Numbered from the stretch's first letter, positions 28,845-38,711 are shown. The stretch: DNA of 57,476 bases from a virus (IMGVR_UViG_3300024325_000004:1-57476); one strand, 5' to 3'. Notes: a model not told the origin generated them from the letters alone. Made by a program: numbers and translations.

Positions 28845-30370
28845 TCATTCAACAAACTAACCGGTTGATCCCTTTCAATCGGCGGTTTTTTCTTCCAACC
28901 AACAGCGAATTTACGTTCCGGGCGTCCGAAATGACGCTGTATAGCCTGGGCAATCGTATCCGCTAAATCCTGTTTGGCACCGTTCGGGAATTTTAAAATA
29001 CCCTGGTCTTCATCATGGTATATAAATGGCAAAATAGATGCCCGGACATATACCATACCCGCCGCCGCTTTCGGTGTAGCATCACGTGCACGGGCTATTT
29101 TATCCCCGTTTACCTGTACTTCAATAGCTGCAATACCGGCGGTTGTTAGTGTTTGTTTAGCACTTTTACCACTGGCTTTTGCTTCGATAAAATGCGGATC
29201 CGGAAATAATTTCATCGTATCGATCAGCGCCGGGAACTCTTTATGAAAACAGGCAACCCGGTCGATATACATTTTTGACTGAAATTTACCGGAAACCACC
29301 GCCGCACTACCGGCATTTGTTACCTTCTCAGTATAGGCGGTATCCCAGTCCGTGCCATATCCTTCCATATCTTCCGGTCGTGGCATATTTTTATCCGGTA
29401 CGGGCACGAACCATTCCTGCCAAACGCCGCCGCCTTCAGGCGAAGGATTTTGTCCCATTTGACCGGCAAAACCGTAAGGACCTAGCTCAATGGCCGCCTC
29501 TTCTAATATCTCTTTACTAAGCCGGTCAATATCTAGCAGTCCGTCTATATATCGTTCTGACAGTTCAGGCGGGTAAACTTTTGGGGATAACCTGGCCGGT
29601 AAGCAAATATGTTTGATTTTACGGCCTTCCTGGTCCCGCTGTCGGAGCCAAACACCTGAAGGGTCCAGTGCGTGCAGCCGTTGCATTACCATGATCGTTA
29701 ATGTCACCGCTTTGTCAACTTTTCTAGTGCTTAAAGTCGTGTTGACAAACGCCGCCGCCGCCGGTAAGTCGCTCTCTGATAATGATTGTTTAGTGTTCAA
29801 TGGGTCATCCACTACTATAATATGCGCGTGAATACCCATGATTGTACCCCCTACGGACGTCGCGTAGCGTTCACCGTTTTGGGTATTTTTATAGTTATTC
29901 TTATTGTTAAAATCAGCCCGTATCTCTATCTCAGGGAAGTATTGCCGGTATTTATCACTTTGAATAATGTCACGGGACTTTACCGCGTGATCCTGGCTCA
30001 GATCGCCTGAATAAGAGGCTGTAATGATACGTAGTGTCGGATCAACAACCCATGCCCAGGCAGGCATCATAACAGTGATAATAGTAGATTTGGTGCTACC
30101 TGGTGGAATATTAACCAGCAAATCGTGTAATTTCTTTTCACGTGGCTTCGCCGGCATCGTAAAACGGACTCCTTCAAATACCGCCGGGCGTTCTTTAAGC
30201 CTGCAAACCCGTAGAACGTCTGCCTGTATTTCATTACATAAATATTCAATGTGCCAGTTCCAAACTGGATCTTCCGGGATAATGACGTCCCAAAACTCCT
30301 GAACAAATTCGTATAACGAACGACGGCAAAGCTCAGCTACCGCCCTGGATGCGTTTATTTTCTCTTGCAA
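28841..30370 (-). CDS. terL: Terminase large subunit
   Basis: NIPPGSTKS Walker A variant, IVVDDP Walker B, MQRLH; nuclease DTA...DLAD. Confidence 0.92.
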   Translation of the reverse strand: MQEKINASRAVAELCRRSLYEFVQEFWDVIIPEDPVWNWHIEYLCNEIQADVLRVCRLKERPAVFEGVRFTMPAKPREKKLHDLLVNIPPGSTKSTIITVMMPAWAWVVDPTLRIITASYSGDLSQDHAVKSRDIIQSDKYRQYFPEIEIRADFNNKNNYKNTQNGERYATSVGGTIMGIHAHIIVVDDPLNTKQSLSESDLPAAAAFVNTTLSTRKVDKAVTLTIMVMQRLHALDPSGVWLRQRDQEGRKIKHICLPARLSPKVYPPELSERYIDGLLDIDRLSKEILEEAAIELGPYGFAGQMGQNPSPEGGGVWQEWFVPVPDKNMPRPEDMEGYGTDWDTAYTEKVTNAGSAAVVSGKFQSKMYIDRVACFHKEFPALIDTMKLFPDPHFIEAKASGKSAKQTLTTAGIAAIEVQVNGDKIARARDATPKAAAGMVYVRASILPFIYHDEDQGILKFPNGAKQDLADTIAQAIQRHFGRPERKFAVGWKKKPPIERDQPVSLLND

Positions 30371-30866
30371 TTTTAATCTCTTTTAAGGCCTCATCGGAGA
30401 CTTCGGTATAGTCAATATAGTCTGAAGCATTTTGATTGATCTGGTGGACTTGCTGACGTTCTGCAAGGCCTGTTTCACGTGCTATGAGGTTCTCTTTGAG
30501 GAATCCTGCAGCGGCGGCGGTGAATTTCTGCATGTATATTGTATCGTAGATGTTGGAAATGATTCGACAAAAATCTTGACTTTCTTTATCGTCACGACCG
30601 CCACAAGATTCCCTAAACCGATGCATAAAATCTTCGTTCACATGTAAAAACATACATAACCCTTTGAGTGTGAATGCCCTGACTTTTGGAATTTCAACCA
30701 GCGTCGCGTCTTTACCACGATAATCAATCTCAATTAAAGGATTTTCTTCACACCAGGTAAAATAACGAACCGCCTCTTTCCAAAGCATATCTGCATCAGA
30801 AAATATCTTATCTCTGCCGTGTTTTGACCGTTGTTCCCAAAATCTATTTCCCGCCGGTGCTGCCAT
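30333..30866 (-). CDS. terS: Terminase small subunit (P22 gp3-like)
   Basis: MAAPAGNRFWEQRSKHGR...RAFTLKGLCMFL...AAAGFLKENLIARETGL. Confidence 0.88.
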   Translation of the reverse strand: MAAPAGNRFWEQRSKHGRDKIFSDADMLWKEAVRYFTWCEENPLIEIDYRGKDATLVEIPKVRAFTLKGLCMFLHVNEDFMHRFRESCGGRDDKESQDFCRIISNIYDTIYMQKFTAAAAGFLKENLIARETGLAERQQVHQINQNASDYIDYTEVSDEALKEIKIARENKRIQGGS

Positions 30867-30943
30867 AATTTATTTTTATTGTAAATATATCAATAATACT
30901 ATCAAAAGTTCAAATAAACATCTAAATCATTGTAAATCAACAT

Positions 30944-31217
30944 TGTAACCTTTGTAACCTTTCTGTAACCACTTTGTAACCACCTGTAGGCCCTGAGTAT
31001 CAACGTTGTAACCGTTGTAACCACTAAACCTCTATACTACTATATAGGATTTTATTATTTTTTAATTTTTCTATTTATAACAACATACTTTTTTATTGTA
31101 TTTTAATAAATTCTATACGCGATAATAGAAAAAAAGTGGTTACAACGGTTACATATACTGATTATCAGCATTTTAAATGGTTACAAAGTGGTTACAAAGT
31201 GGTTACAACAGGTTACA
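30944..31217. repeat. Putative replication origin: 6x TGTAACC, AT-rich core, 6x GGTTACA in mirror arrangement
   Basis: TGTAACC at 30944, 30953, 30964, 30975, 31007, 31016; GGTTACA at 31138, 31147, 31179, 31190, 31201, 31211; upstream of the primase gene. Confidence 0.8.
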
Positions 31218-31275
31218 AAAAATCTCTTGCTTTATTGAAAAATTAATATCATATTTGAAAGCAAAACAACAACCC

Positions 31276-31497
31276 ATGAGTACCGTAACCGAAAAATTAC
31301 AGTTAAAACCAGCCATATTAGTAGAAATAACCGGTAATAATCGCATTCAGAACCGCCTGCAATTAGCATTCGACAAGTCTTATTTTTCAATAAGACGCTG
31401 GATCTTGTGTAACCACCCGATGCTTACAACAATCACTTCTTTGAATATAATTTCCGAAGAAACCGGTAAAACTATTGACGACTTATTAGATAACTAA
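31276..31497 (+). CDS. Small HTH-like protein
   Basis: Likely start MSTVTEK; the longer start at 31177 lies inside the repeats. Confidence 0.55.
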   Translation: MSTVTEKLQLKPAILVEITGNNRIQNRLQLAFDKSYFSIRRWILCNHPMLTTITSLNIISEETGKTIDDLLDN

Positions 31498-34022
31498 TGG
31501 TTGAACTTTCCGCAGTTTGGGAACAGGTAAAGTACCTGCTTTCCGAAAATATTAGTCTCATACCTGTCCGCGACAAACCGGAAACTGATAAAAATGGTCG
31601 GAAATATGAGGCTAAATCTGCCTACCCATGGGCTGCTCAGCAAAAGAAAAAATATACCGAAGCTCAGCTTTGGAAACAAATGGAATACCGGGATACAACC
31701 GCCATTGCGATTGTTTGCGGAGAAGTTTCGGGTAATCTGGAAATAATAGATATCGACGTTAAATATAAACCAGGTATTGACGCCCTCCTGTTTAAAAGTA
31801 TCCAAAGCCTGTATCCCAATCTTTACGATAAACTACGGATACATAAAAGTCCGTCTGGCGGTTATCACATACTTTATAAGATACACAACCACGAAGTGCC
31901 GGGAAGTACCAAACTTGCCGGGCGAAAAACAACTAATGAAGAACAGGAAGCCAGAATTGCAGCAGGTCACAAGAAATCAAACAAAGAAGCAAATTTTATA
32001 GAAACCAGAGGTGAAGCAGGCTATGCTTTGGCTCCCCCTTCAATGGGGTATAGTATCCATAAAGACAATCCAATACCCACATTTACATGGGATGAGCGAA
32101 ATTCTTTGATCACTTTGTGCAAAAGTTATACGGAGATCATAAAAGTAATACCACCGGCTAAACCACCACGCAGCCAGGAGGACCAATATGATACCAACCC
32201 GTTTGAGGATTATAACTGCCGGATTGATCCCTACGAATTACTAACTGAATATGGATGGTCTGAGGTTCGGGAGGACCATCAATTCATATGGTTCACACGG
32301 CCCGGTAAAGATGTAGGAGTTTCCGCCAGCTGGAACAAGGAAAAAGAAATATTTTATGTGTTTACCTCATCAACCGAATTTGAGCCTGAGAAAGGCTATC
32401 ACCCGGCCACGATCCTTGCACTATTGAAATTTGACGGGGATAAAAAGAAAACGTATAAATACCTCACTGACAACGGCTATGGTATATTTAAACCGTTTTA
32501 TGAAGAAAAAAAGATCAAACGAGAAGTGATCAACAAAGGCGAAATGCCGGCCAATATATCTGACGAGGGAAAACAGAGATTTGAAACCTTAAAAACAGAA
32601 TATGAAAAAAACCTGCCTCACGGTAGGTTCTGGTCCTACAACAAAGACCGCTTCGATATCAGCCGGGAAGAACTATACCATGTAGCACATGAGCTTGGTT
32701 ACCGCCTTTATAATCGTACACAGATCACCCGGATAGAAAGTAACCTGATACATAAGCACACCGACAAAGAGTTTTACAATGGTCTTAAAACATATATCTG
32801 GGATACTGACAAAAAAATCTATACACAAATCTGTAATGCATTCGAGGCATTCATTCAGAAATCAGGCACTTTTACGATAAGCAGACTAAAAGATATTGAC
32901 AAAAAAGAGATCCTGCAGGACGACCAAAACACTGCCTATAAGTATTTCTCAAATGGCATCTTAAAGATAACCGAAAAACGTACCGAATTGCTGCCATACA
33001 CCGCTGTCACAGGCTTATTATGGTCACACAAGATATATGACCGCCCCTGGACAGAAAAACGTGTTAAAAGCGTTTATTTGACATTCCTTGAAAATGCCGT
33101 CGGCATCACCCCCTATCTGAAACGAATAATTGGTTACCTGGCCCACGATCATAAATCTGAGTCCGCCGGTTACCTGATCGTTCTGACTGAAAAGACGGTT
33201 GACCCGAAAGACGGCGGCGGATCCGGTAAGAACATTTTTGGTAACATTCTGTCTGGCACCATATCCGTAAAAACGGTGCCTGGTTCATCTATAAAGTTTG
33301 ATGATAAGTTCCTTGCGGCGTGGAACTATGAGAGGCTTTATTTTCTGGCGGACATACCGAAAAAAATTGACTGGCTTTTTTTGAAAGAGATGGTAACGGG
33401 CACCGGCTATGTCAATAAGAAATACGTTGCAGAGTTTGATGTGCCTGCCGAGGAAATGCCGAAACTACTATTGAACACTAATTATTCGTATGATGACGTG
33501 GATGGCGGGCTGAAGCGCCGGATCCGGCAGGTGGAGTTCACTGACTTCTACACAACCCGTGGCGGAGTAGATACGGTTCATGGGAAAATGTTTCCCACTG
33601 ACTTTACTGAAGATGACTGGACCGGCTACGATCAGTTCATAGTAGAAAGCCTGCAGGAGCTTTTCAAGGCAAAAGGCAAGATTGAGCAGGTAGCCCTATC
33701 AGATGAAGGCTGGACGAAAAAGTTCAACATGAAGCACCATGAAAGTATGTACGAGTTCATCACCGACCATATTGAGGAATGGTGTAAAGAAGGTTTTGCA
33801 TCGAACGGCTGGATAGTAGAGCAGTACAATGAGTTTTGCCGGGTAAATACCGTAAATCCCCGGTATAAAAAAGAGCTGGCCTCGATCACTACGGCCATAA
33901 AAGAGTTTTGCCTGCATCACGGGATCAGTTATGAGAACAACCATGCAGGCCGCTCCGACTGGAATAACGGTGAGGTAGGAAAAGGAAAAAAATTCGGACC
34001 ATATACATTAGACATATTATGA
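31497..34022 (+). CDS. Bifunctional primase-polymerase / SF3-type helicase
   Basis: IIDID and SPSGGYH prim-pol motifs, ETRGEAGY; GGSGKN Walker A; LLNTNY. Confidence 0.9.
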   Translation: MVELSAVWEQVKYLLSENISLIPVRDKPETDKNGRKYEAKSAYPWAAQQKKKYTEAQLWKQMEYRDTTAIAIVCGEVSGNLEIIDIDVKYKPGIDALLFKSIQSLYPNLYDKLRIHKSPSGGYHILYKIHNHEVPGSTKLAGRKTTNEEQEARIAAGHKKSNKEANFIETRGEAGYALAPPSMGYSIHKDNPIPTFTWDERNSLITLCKSYTEIIKVIPPAKPPRSQEDQYDTNPFEDYNCRIDPYELLTEYGWSEVREDHQFIWFTRPGKDVGVSASWNKEKEIFYVFTSSTEFEPEKGYHPATILALLKFDGDKKKTYKYLTDNGYGIFKPFYEEKKIKREVINKGEMPANISDEGKQRFETLKTEYEKNLPHGRFWSYNKDRFDISREELYHVAHELGYRLYNRTQITRIESNLIHKHTDKEFYNGLKTYIWDTDKKIYTQICNAFEAFIQKSGTFTISRLKDIDKKEILQDDQNTAYKYFSNGILKITEKRTELLPYTAVTGLLWSHKIYDRPWTEKRVKSVYLTFLENAVGITPYLKRIIGYLAHDHKSESAGYLIVLTEKTVDPKDGGGSGKNIFGNILSGTISVKTVPGSSIKFDDKFLAAWNYERLYFLADIPKKIDWLFLKEMVTGTGYVNKKYVAEFDVPAEEMPKLLLNTNYSYDDVDGGLKRRIRQVEFTDFYTTRGGVDTVHGKMFPTDFTEDDWTGYDQFIVESLQELFKAKGKIEQVALSDEGWTKKFNMKHHESMYEFITDHIEEWCKEGFASNGWIVEQYNEFCRVNTVNPRYKKELASITTAIKEFCLHHGISYENNHAGRSDWNNGEVGKGKKFGPYTLDIL

Positions 34023-34219
34023 AAAGTAAAGAAGAGTTGGCAGAAAAATTTTTAGAAGCAATGCTTCACAACTACAATGGGAAAGATCACCCTGAAGTTT
34101 TAGCTTTTGTGGCGTTTGACATTGCGGAGGCTTTTATTGAGCAAGCCGATATTCGAAGAACACCGCGTAAGCCACCAACTATATCAGAGGATAAATTATT
34201 TTTAATAAAAAACTTGTAA
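34019..34219 (+). CDS. Hypothetical protein
   Basis: ATGA-coupled to the primase gene. Confidence 0.55.
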   Translation: MKSKEELAEKFLEAMLHNYNGKDHPEVLAFVAFDIAEAFIEQADIRRTPRKPPTISEDKLFLIKNL

Positions 34220-34236
34220 ATATTAAAAATAAGTTT

Positions 34237-34244
34237 TATATTTG
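34237..34244 (+). promoter_or_regulatory. Bacteroidota -7 promoter element (TATATTTG)
   Basis: TAnnTTTG with TTG about 20 nt upstream; precedes the early small-gene cluster. Confidence 0.55.
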
Positions 34245-34286
34245 TTATGTATTAGTAATGTATCTGATATTAAAAGCTTGACGGCA

Positions 34287-34490
34287 ATGAAAACAGAACA
34301 ACTCCAACCAATTTATATGACTGTTAAGGTTAATGGTCAATCTTGGGACAAAACACCACAAACTTATTTAGGCTTAATCAAATGGTCGGATGCTGTAAAA
34401 ATAGCCAAGCAGCAAAATAATGAAGTTAGATTGTGTATTGGCGCGGGATACGGCAATAATGGTAGCTATTTCAGTAAGGTAATCTTATAA
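34287..34490 (+). CDS. Hypothetical protein
   Basis: Likely start MKTEQLQ within the listed 34242 ORF. Confidence 0.5.
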   Translation: MKTEQLQPIYMTVKVNGQSWDKTPQTYLGLIKWSDAVKIAKQQNNEVRLCIGAGYGNNGSYFSKVIL

Positions 34491-34825
34491 ATCCAGTTAA
34501 TGAAAATGCATCATAGATTAAAAATATTTGAATGCCGTTGGATTATATTTTGGTCAAAGGTATTCGGTGCTGAACCATATCAATATCAATGGTGGGAAAG
34601 AAGATTAAACCTGTTATTATCAGGTGAAATAGATTAACCCGTTTAAGCCCGTCAAGCACGGGTTAAACATCAGCGCAACACTCACAAGGCTTGCGCTTTT
34701 GGTGGCAAAAATAACACAAAAAGCAGGAGGTACAATGATTAATGGCTCATAGAAGTGGTTAAGGTAACCATACAGCCCGACACCTAACAAGGTTCGGGGC
34801 TTATGGTGGTAAAAAACTTAAAAAC

Positions 34826-35461
34826 ATGAAAACACAAATTTTTAAATCCTTAACAGATTTCTACAATAGGGAAGATAAAGCCTTAAACGGTGTTTCTCAA
34901 TCCTTCGCTGACGAAAACCCGGAATATGAGGCTCGGAACTTAGATAATGAGGCTTGTTGGAATTGTAGCGGTTGTAGCGATTGTAGCGATTGTAGCGGTT
35001 GTAGCGGTTGTAGCGGTTGTAGCGGTTGTAGCGGTTGTAGCGGTTGTCGCGGTTGTCGCGGTTGTAGCGATTGTAGCGATTTACAATGGAAAGATAACCA
35101 AACTGATACAAAAGAAACAATTGCTAATGAATTGGAAACAGAGCAGTTCGCAACATTCGCGGGGCTTAAAATACCCATCATTAAAAATATTCATCGGGCA
35201 ATTCTTGATGCTGTTACCCCACCAGATCATAAATTAAACATGAGTACCTGGCATACTTGTGGAACTACTCATTGCAGAGCAGGATGGGCAGTTCACTTAG
35301 CAGGTGAAGAAGGATATAAACTGGAAAATTTAGCAGGAACTTGTTTTGCTGCAATGATGATCTTTAAATATTCATCACCGGATATCAGAGTTAGCCCCGT
35401 CAGGTTCTTTGAAGCTAATGAAATCGCCTATATAGAGATATTAAAAAATGTGCTGAGTTAG
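34826..35461 (+). CDS. Cys-repeat protein with C-terminal WHTCGTTHCRAGW domain
   Basis: 13 tandem C-S/R-G/D tripeptides; AAAACTTAAAAACATG leader. Confidence 0.75.
   Translation: MKTQIFKSLTDFYNREDKALNGVSQSFADENPEYEARNLDNEACWNCSGCSDCSDCSGCSGCSGCSGCSGCSGCRGCRGCSDCSDLQWKDNQTDTKETIANELETEQFATFAGLKIPIIKNIHRAILDAVTPPDHKLNMSTWHTCGTTHCRAGWAVHLAGEEGYKLENLAGTCFAAMMIFKYSSPDIRVSPVRFFEANEIAYIEILKNVLS
34964..35080 (+). repeat. 9-bp tandem repeat (TGTAGCGGT-like) x13
   Basis: Directly visible; encodes the CxX repeats. Confidence 0.95.
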
Positions 35462-35565
35462 AAAGTAAAAAATGAGAGTATTTTTAATAGCTATTGCAGT
35501 GATCATCTTAACTCCGGTTATGATTGCAGGACTGATGATAGCCAGTGTATTTTTCGTAGGTTGTG

Positions 35566-35616
35566 ATGACCGAGGAACAAATCTGGCCGTTATTTGAAGC
35601 AAAGGATATATTATGA
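35566..35616 (+). CDS. Micro-ORF MTEEQIWPLFEAKDIL (16 aa) or remnant 3' end of a gene
   Basis: Ends GAT ATA TTA TGA, overlapping the next ATG at 35613. Confidence 0.35.
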   Translation: MTEEQIWPLFEAKDIL

Positions 35617-35907
35617 ACGAAGAATATCAAAGATACCAGAAAGGAACCGACACTTGGGTTGATATTTATAACTGCCCGATTAAGCTTTTCCGAAGAAAAT
35701 ATCCGAGATGTAAAACTCGGAAAACTTTATTGATACCAGTAAATGAGCACATGTTCAATAAATTTTTAAAAGTAATATGAAAACATCGACTCAAAAGACA
35801 GTTACCCCGAAAGGCTATACTGGCAGGAACTACAATGAGTGGATGGCTTATGTCAACCAGCAGGTCAATAAATTAACCGGTACTAAAGTGATGGAAAGAT
35901 TGACTCG

Positions 35908-36453
35908 ATGATCATTTTCCAGGAACATACCCAAACAGGTTATGCCATGCGTACCTGGGATAACGCCCGGCTCAGTGATTTGACAGTAGCAATAGCTAAT
36001 GACTTCTCCACTTCAGGTGAACTACTTACGCGAAAAGCTGCATACGGCAAGTACCTGGGTATCGAGTTTGACCTGTTGCTTACTGATATTAACAAAGCAG
36101 CGTCAACCATTTTAAAGGAGATGGAAAAGCGAAAAGTACGGGTTTTAAATATTGCAGGTAACGGGATTTACATCTTAAAACATCTTTGTGACCAGGCGTT
36201 TGTTGATGATCGTTTATTGCTGCTTTTTACGATAACCGTTCTGAACTACGGAAATGATTTTGATATTCGCACAGGGGGTCAAACAGGAATTGATGAAGCT
36301 ACTCTTAAAGCAGGAGATTTTCTAAACATGCCGACAACTTGTCTCGCGCCGAAGAACTGGATGTTCAGAAATGAGCAAGGACAGGATATCTGTTCTGATA
36401 GTTTGTTTTTGAAACGTTTTGGAGAGAAATATGATGTAACTGATATATTATGA
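35908..36453 (+). CDS. SLOG-superfamily (cpYpsA/MoCo-carrier-like) protein
   Basis: RTWDNARLSDLT, LNIAGNG and TGGQTGIDEA motifs. Confidence 0.7.
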   Translation: MIIFQEHTQTGYAMRTWDNARLSDLTVAIANDFSTSGELLTRKAAYGKYLGIEFDLLLTDINKAASTILKEMEKRKVRVLNIAGNGIYILKHLCDQAFVDDRLLLLFTITVLNYGNDFDIRTGGQTGIDEATLKAGDFLNMPTTCLAPKNWMFRNEQGQDICSDSLFLKRFGEKYDVTDIL

Positions 36454-36869
36454 AAAATAGAGACGGTTCAGAGCCTAATGACCACTGGGCAACTCCGAAA
36501 TGGTTATATGATCAATTAAACGAAGAATTTAAATTTGATTTCGACCCGTGTCCTTTACATGCTAATTTTGACGGTTTAACCATTGAATGGGGAAGATCTA
36601 ATTTTATAAACCCTCCTTATAACAGGGTAGACAAGCCAAAATTTATTCAGAAAGCCTTTGAAGAATGTTTAAAAGGAAAGGTGTGTGTGATGTTAATCCC
36701 TGTTTCTACAAGTACAAAACAGTTTCACGAAGTAATTTTACCAAACGCCGAAATAAGATTTTTAAAAGGCAGAGTCGCTTTTTCAGGGTATAACGACAAA
36801 GGAGTATACACTGATAAGAATAAAGGAAAGCACGATAGTATGATTGTTATTTTTAATAACATACTATAA
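36450..36869 (+). CDS. Phage DNA N6-adenine methyltransferase
   Basis: WATPKWLY...FDFDPC...INPPY...RFLKGRVAF. Confidence 0.85.
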   Translation: MKNRDGSEPNDHWATPKWLYDQLNEEFKFDFDPCPLHANFDGLTIEWGRSNFINPPYNRVDKPKFIQKAFEECLKGKVCVMLIPVSTSTKQFHEVILPNAEIRFLKGRVAFSGYNDKGVYTDKNKGKHDSMIVIFNNIL

Positions 36870-37138
36870 TGGCTGAAAAACAAATTGAGCAGCGGTTCAG
36901 GCTGGCGGTCAAGTCTAGTGGCGGTCTTTCACTTAAACTGACAACGCCCGGATTTACTGGAATCCCCGACAGACTTAATTTACTGCCCGGAGGACGATTA
37001 TTCTTTGCGGAGTTCAAATACGGTAAGGGAAAGCTCAGCGTTCGCCAGGAAGCGGTTATTCGTGTGCTGAGAGGGCTTGGTTTTGAGGTTTGGATTATTA
37101 ATCAAGATAATATAGATGAATATATTGAGAAATTATGA
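36869..37138 (+). CDS. VRR-NUC nuclease
   Basis: EKQIEQ...GIPDRL...FAEFK...LSVRQ. Confidence 0.88.
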   Translation: MAEKQIEQRFRLAVKSSGGLSLKLTTPGFTGIPDRLNLLPGGRLFFAEFKYGKGKLSVRQEAVIRVLRGLGFEVWIINQDNIDEYIEKL

Positions 37139-38640
37139 TAAAAGTAGGAACATTCTGCACAGGAATCGGTTCACCTGAATTTGCACTAGAAGAAACTGAG
37201 CATGAATTAACTTTTGCCTGTGAGATAGATAAGTTCGCAAGAGCCTCATTTTTATCCAGGTTTAAACCTAAATTGATGTTTCAGGATATGACAAAAATTG
37301 ACTGGAATAATCCTGCTTTATCAACTAATATAGTGATAGCGGGCTTACCTTGTCAGGCGTTCAGTATAGCAGGCAAAAGATTAGGTGAGCAGGATAAACG
37401 TGGTATTTTAATATACGATTTTTATAGATATTTAAAAGTGCATCAGCCGGAAATCTTTATACTAGAAAATGTAAAAGGGCTTAAAAGCATTAATAAAGGT
37501 GAAATATTTTTAAACTGGCAACGGATACTTGGCAGGTCGGTTAATGGAAAAGTTATTGATGATCCACATCCTGAGACTTTAGGGTACAATCTGCACTGGA
37601 AAGTATTGAACACAAAAAATTTTGATCTGCCACAAAACAGAGAGAGAATATTTATTGTCGGGGTTCGTTCTGATATTCCTAATATTTATGAATTTCCGGA
37701 AAATCGTATCCTTAAATTAAGGCTAAGAGATATGTTAGAAGAAAACGTACATGAGAAGTATTATCTAAGTGAACAGTTGATTTCAAGTTTTTTAAAACAC
37801 GCTGACAGGCATAATGAAAAAGGAACAGGTTTTGCATGTAAGCCAAAAACCGAAGATGATATTGCAAATTGTATCCGGGCAAATGCAGCTTTATGCCCAA
37901 CGGATAATATTTTAATTGAAAAATTAATTCCTTTTGGTAATTCTCAGGACCAGAAATTATCGCCTCTTGACGGGATAGCACAAACTTTATCTGTAGGCCA
38001 TTTTAACCAGCCTAAAATATTGGTAAAAACCGCTACAAAACAAGGTTATGAGGCAGCAGCAGGCGATAGCATTAATTTCTCGCAACCAAATTCAGAAACA
38101 CGAAGGGGGCGTGTAGGCCATCAAATTGCTAATACTTTAGATACCGCCTGTAATCAGGCAATTGTTTTAGAGGTTGTTGCTAACACTGACTCGGTTAATG
38201 AAATGCGTGGTCGTGTTTACGGAGATCATGGTTTATCCCCTACAATTACCGCAAAGCAAGGAGGCGGCCACGAACCATTAATTGCAGTCAAACAACTCAA
38301 CCCATCAAAAGAATCAGGAGGTCAACAGTCCTATAAACAAAATAGAGTTTTTGATGGAGATCAGTTATCCCCGGCTTTAGATACTGAATGTGGACGTCCT
38401 TCATATACTGTTAAAAATCGCATCCGTCGATTAACTCCTTTAGAGTGCTGGCGTTTACAAGGTTTTTCAGATGAATATTTTTACCAGGCGAAGCATGAAT
38501 CTAAAGTTGAAGGCAAGAAAAATAGGGGTATGAGTAACACTCAGCTTTACAAACAGGCAGGTAACTCAATCAGCAATACAGTGGTTAAAGCAGTGTTACA
38601 ACCTGCAATAATGTTAATTGAAAGCCTGGATATATTATGA
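37135..38640 (+). CDS. dcm: DNA cytosine-C5 methyltransferase
   Basis: FCTGIG, PCQAFS, ENVKG, PQNRER, RRLTPLECWRLQGF and QAGNS motifs. Confidence 0.93.
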   Translation: MIKVGTFCTGIGSPEFALEETEHELTFACEIDKFARASFLSRFKPKLMFQDMTKIDWNNPALSTNIVIAGLPCQAFSIAGKRLGEQDKRGILIYDFYRYLKVHQPEIFILENVKGLKSINKGEIFLNWQRILGRSVNGKVIDDPHPETLGYNLHWKVLNTKNFDLPQNRERIFIVGVRSDIPNIYEFPENRILKLRLRDMLEENVHEKYYLSEQLISSFLKHADRHNEKGTGFACKPKTEDDIANCIRANAALCPTDNILIEKLIPFGNSQDQKLSPLDGIAQTLSVGHFNQPKILVKTATKQGYEAAAGDSINFSQPNSETRRGRVGHQIANTLDTACNQAIVLEVVANTDSVNEMRGRVYGDHGLSPTITAKQGGGHEPLIAVKQLNPSKESGGQQSYKQNRVFDGDQLSPALDTECGRPSYTVKNRIRRLTPLECWRLQGFSDEYFYQAKHESKVEGKKNRGMSNTQLYKQAGNSISNTVVKAVLQPAIMLIESLDIL

Positions 38641-38711
38641 GCATCAATACCTGTATACCGGATACCATCGTTCATTTGTTTGAACCTTTATTGTGGGAGG
38701 ATATTCTTTGA
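38637..38711 (+). CDS. Micro-ORF MSINTCIPDTIVHLFEPLLWEDIL (24 aa)
   Basis: ATG overlaps the dcm stop (ATGA); its TGA overlaps the in-frame TTG of the SNF2 gene. Confidence 0.5.
   Translation: MSINTCIPDTIVHLFEPLLWEDIL

Noticed and set aside
30944-31217. Possible CRISPR array, or a coding extension from 31177 (MVTKWLQSGYNRLQ)
   Set aside because: 7-bp units in inverted symmetry fit iterons; the ORF extension merely translates the repeats.
34964-35080. Possible CRISPR array
   Set aside because: Contiguous 9-bp coding tandem repeat with no spacers.
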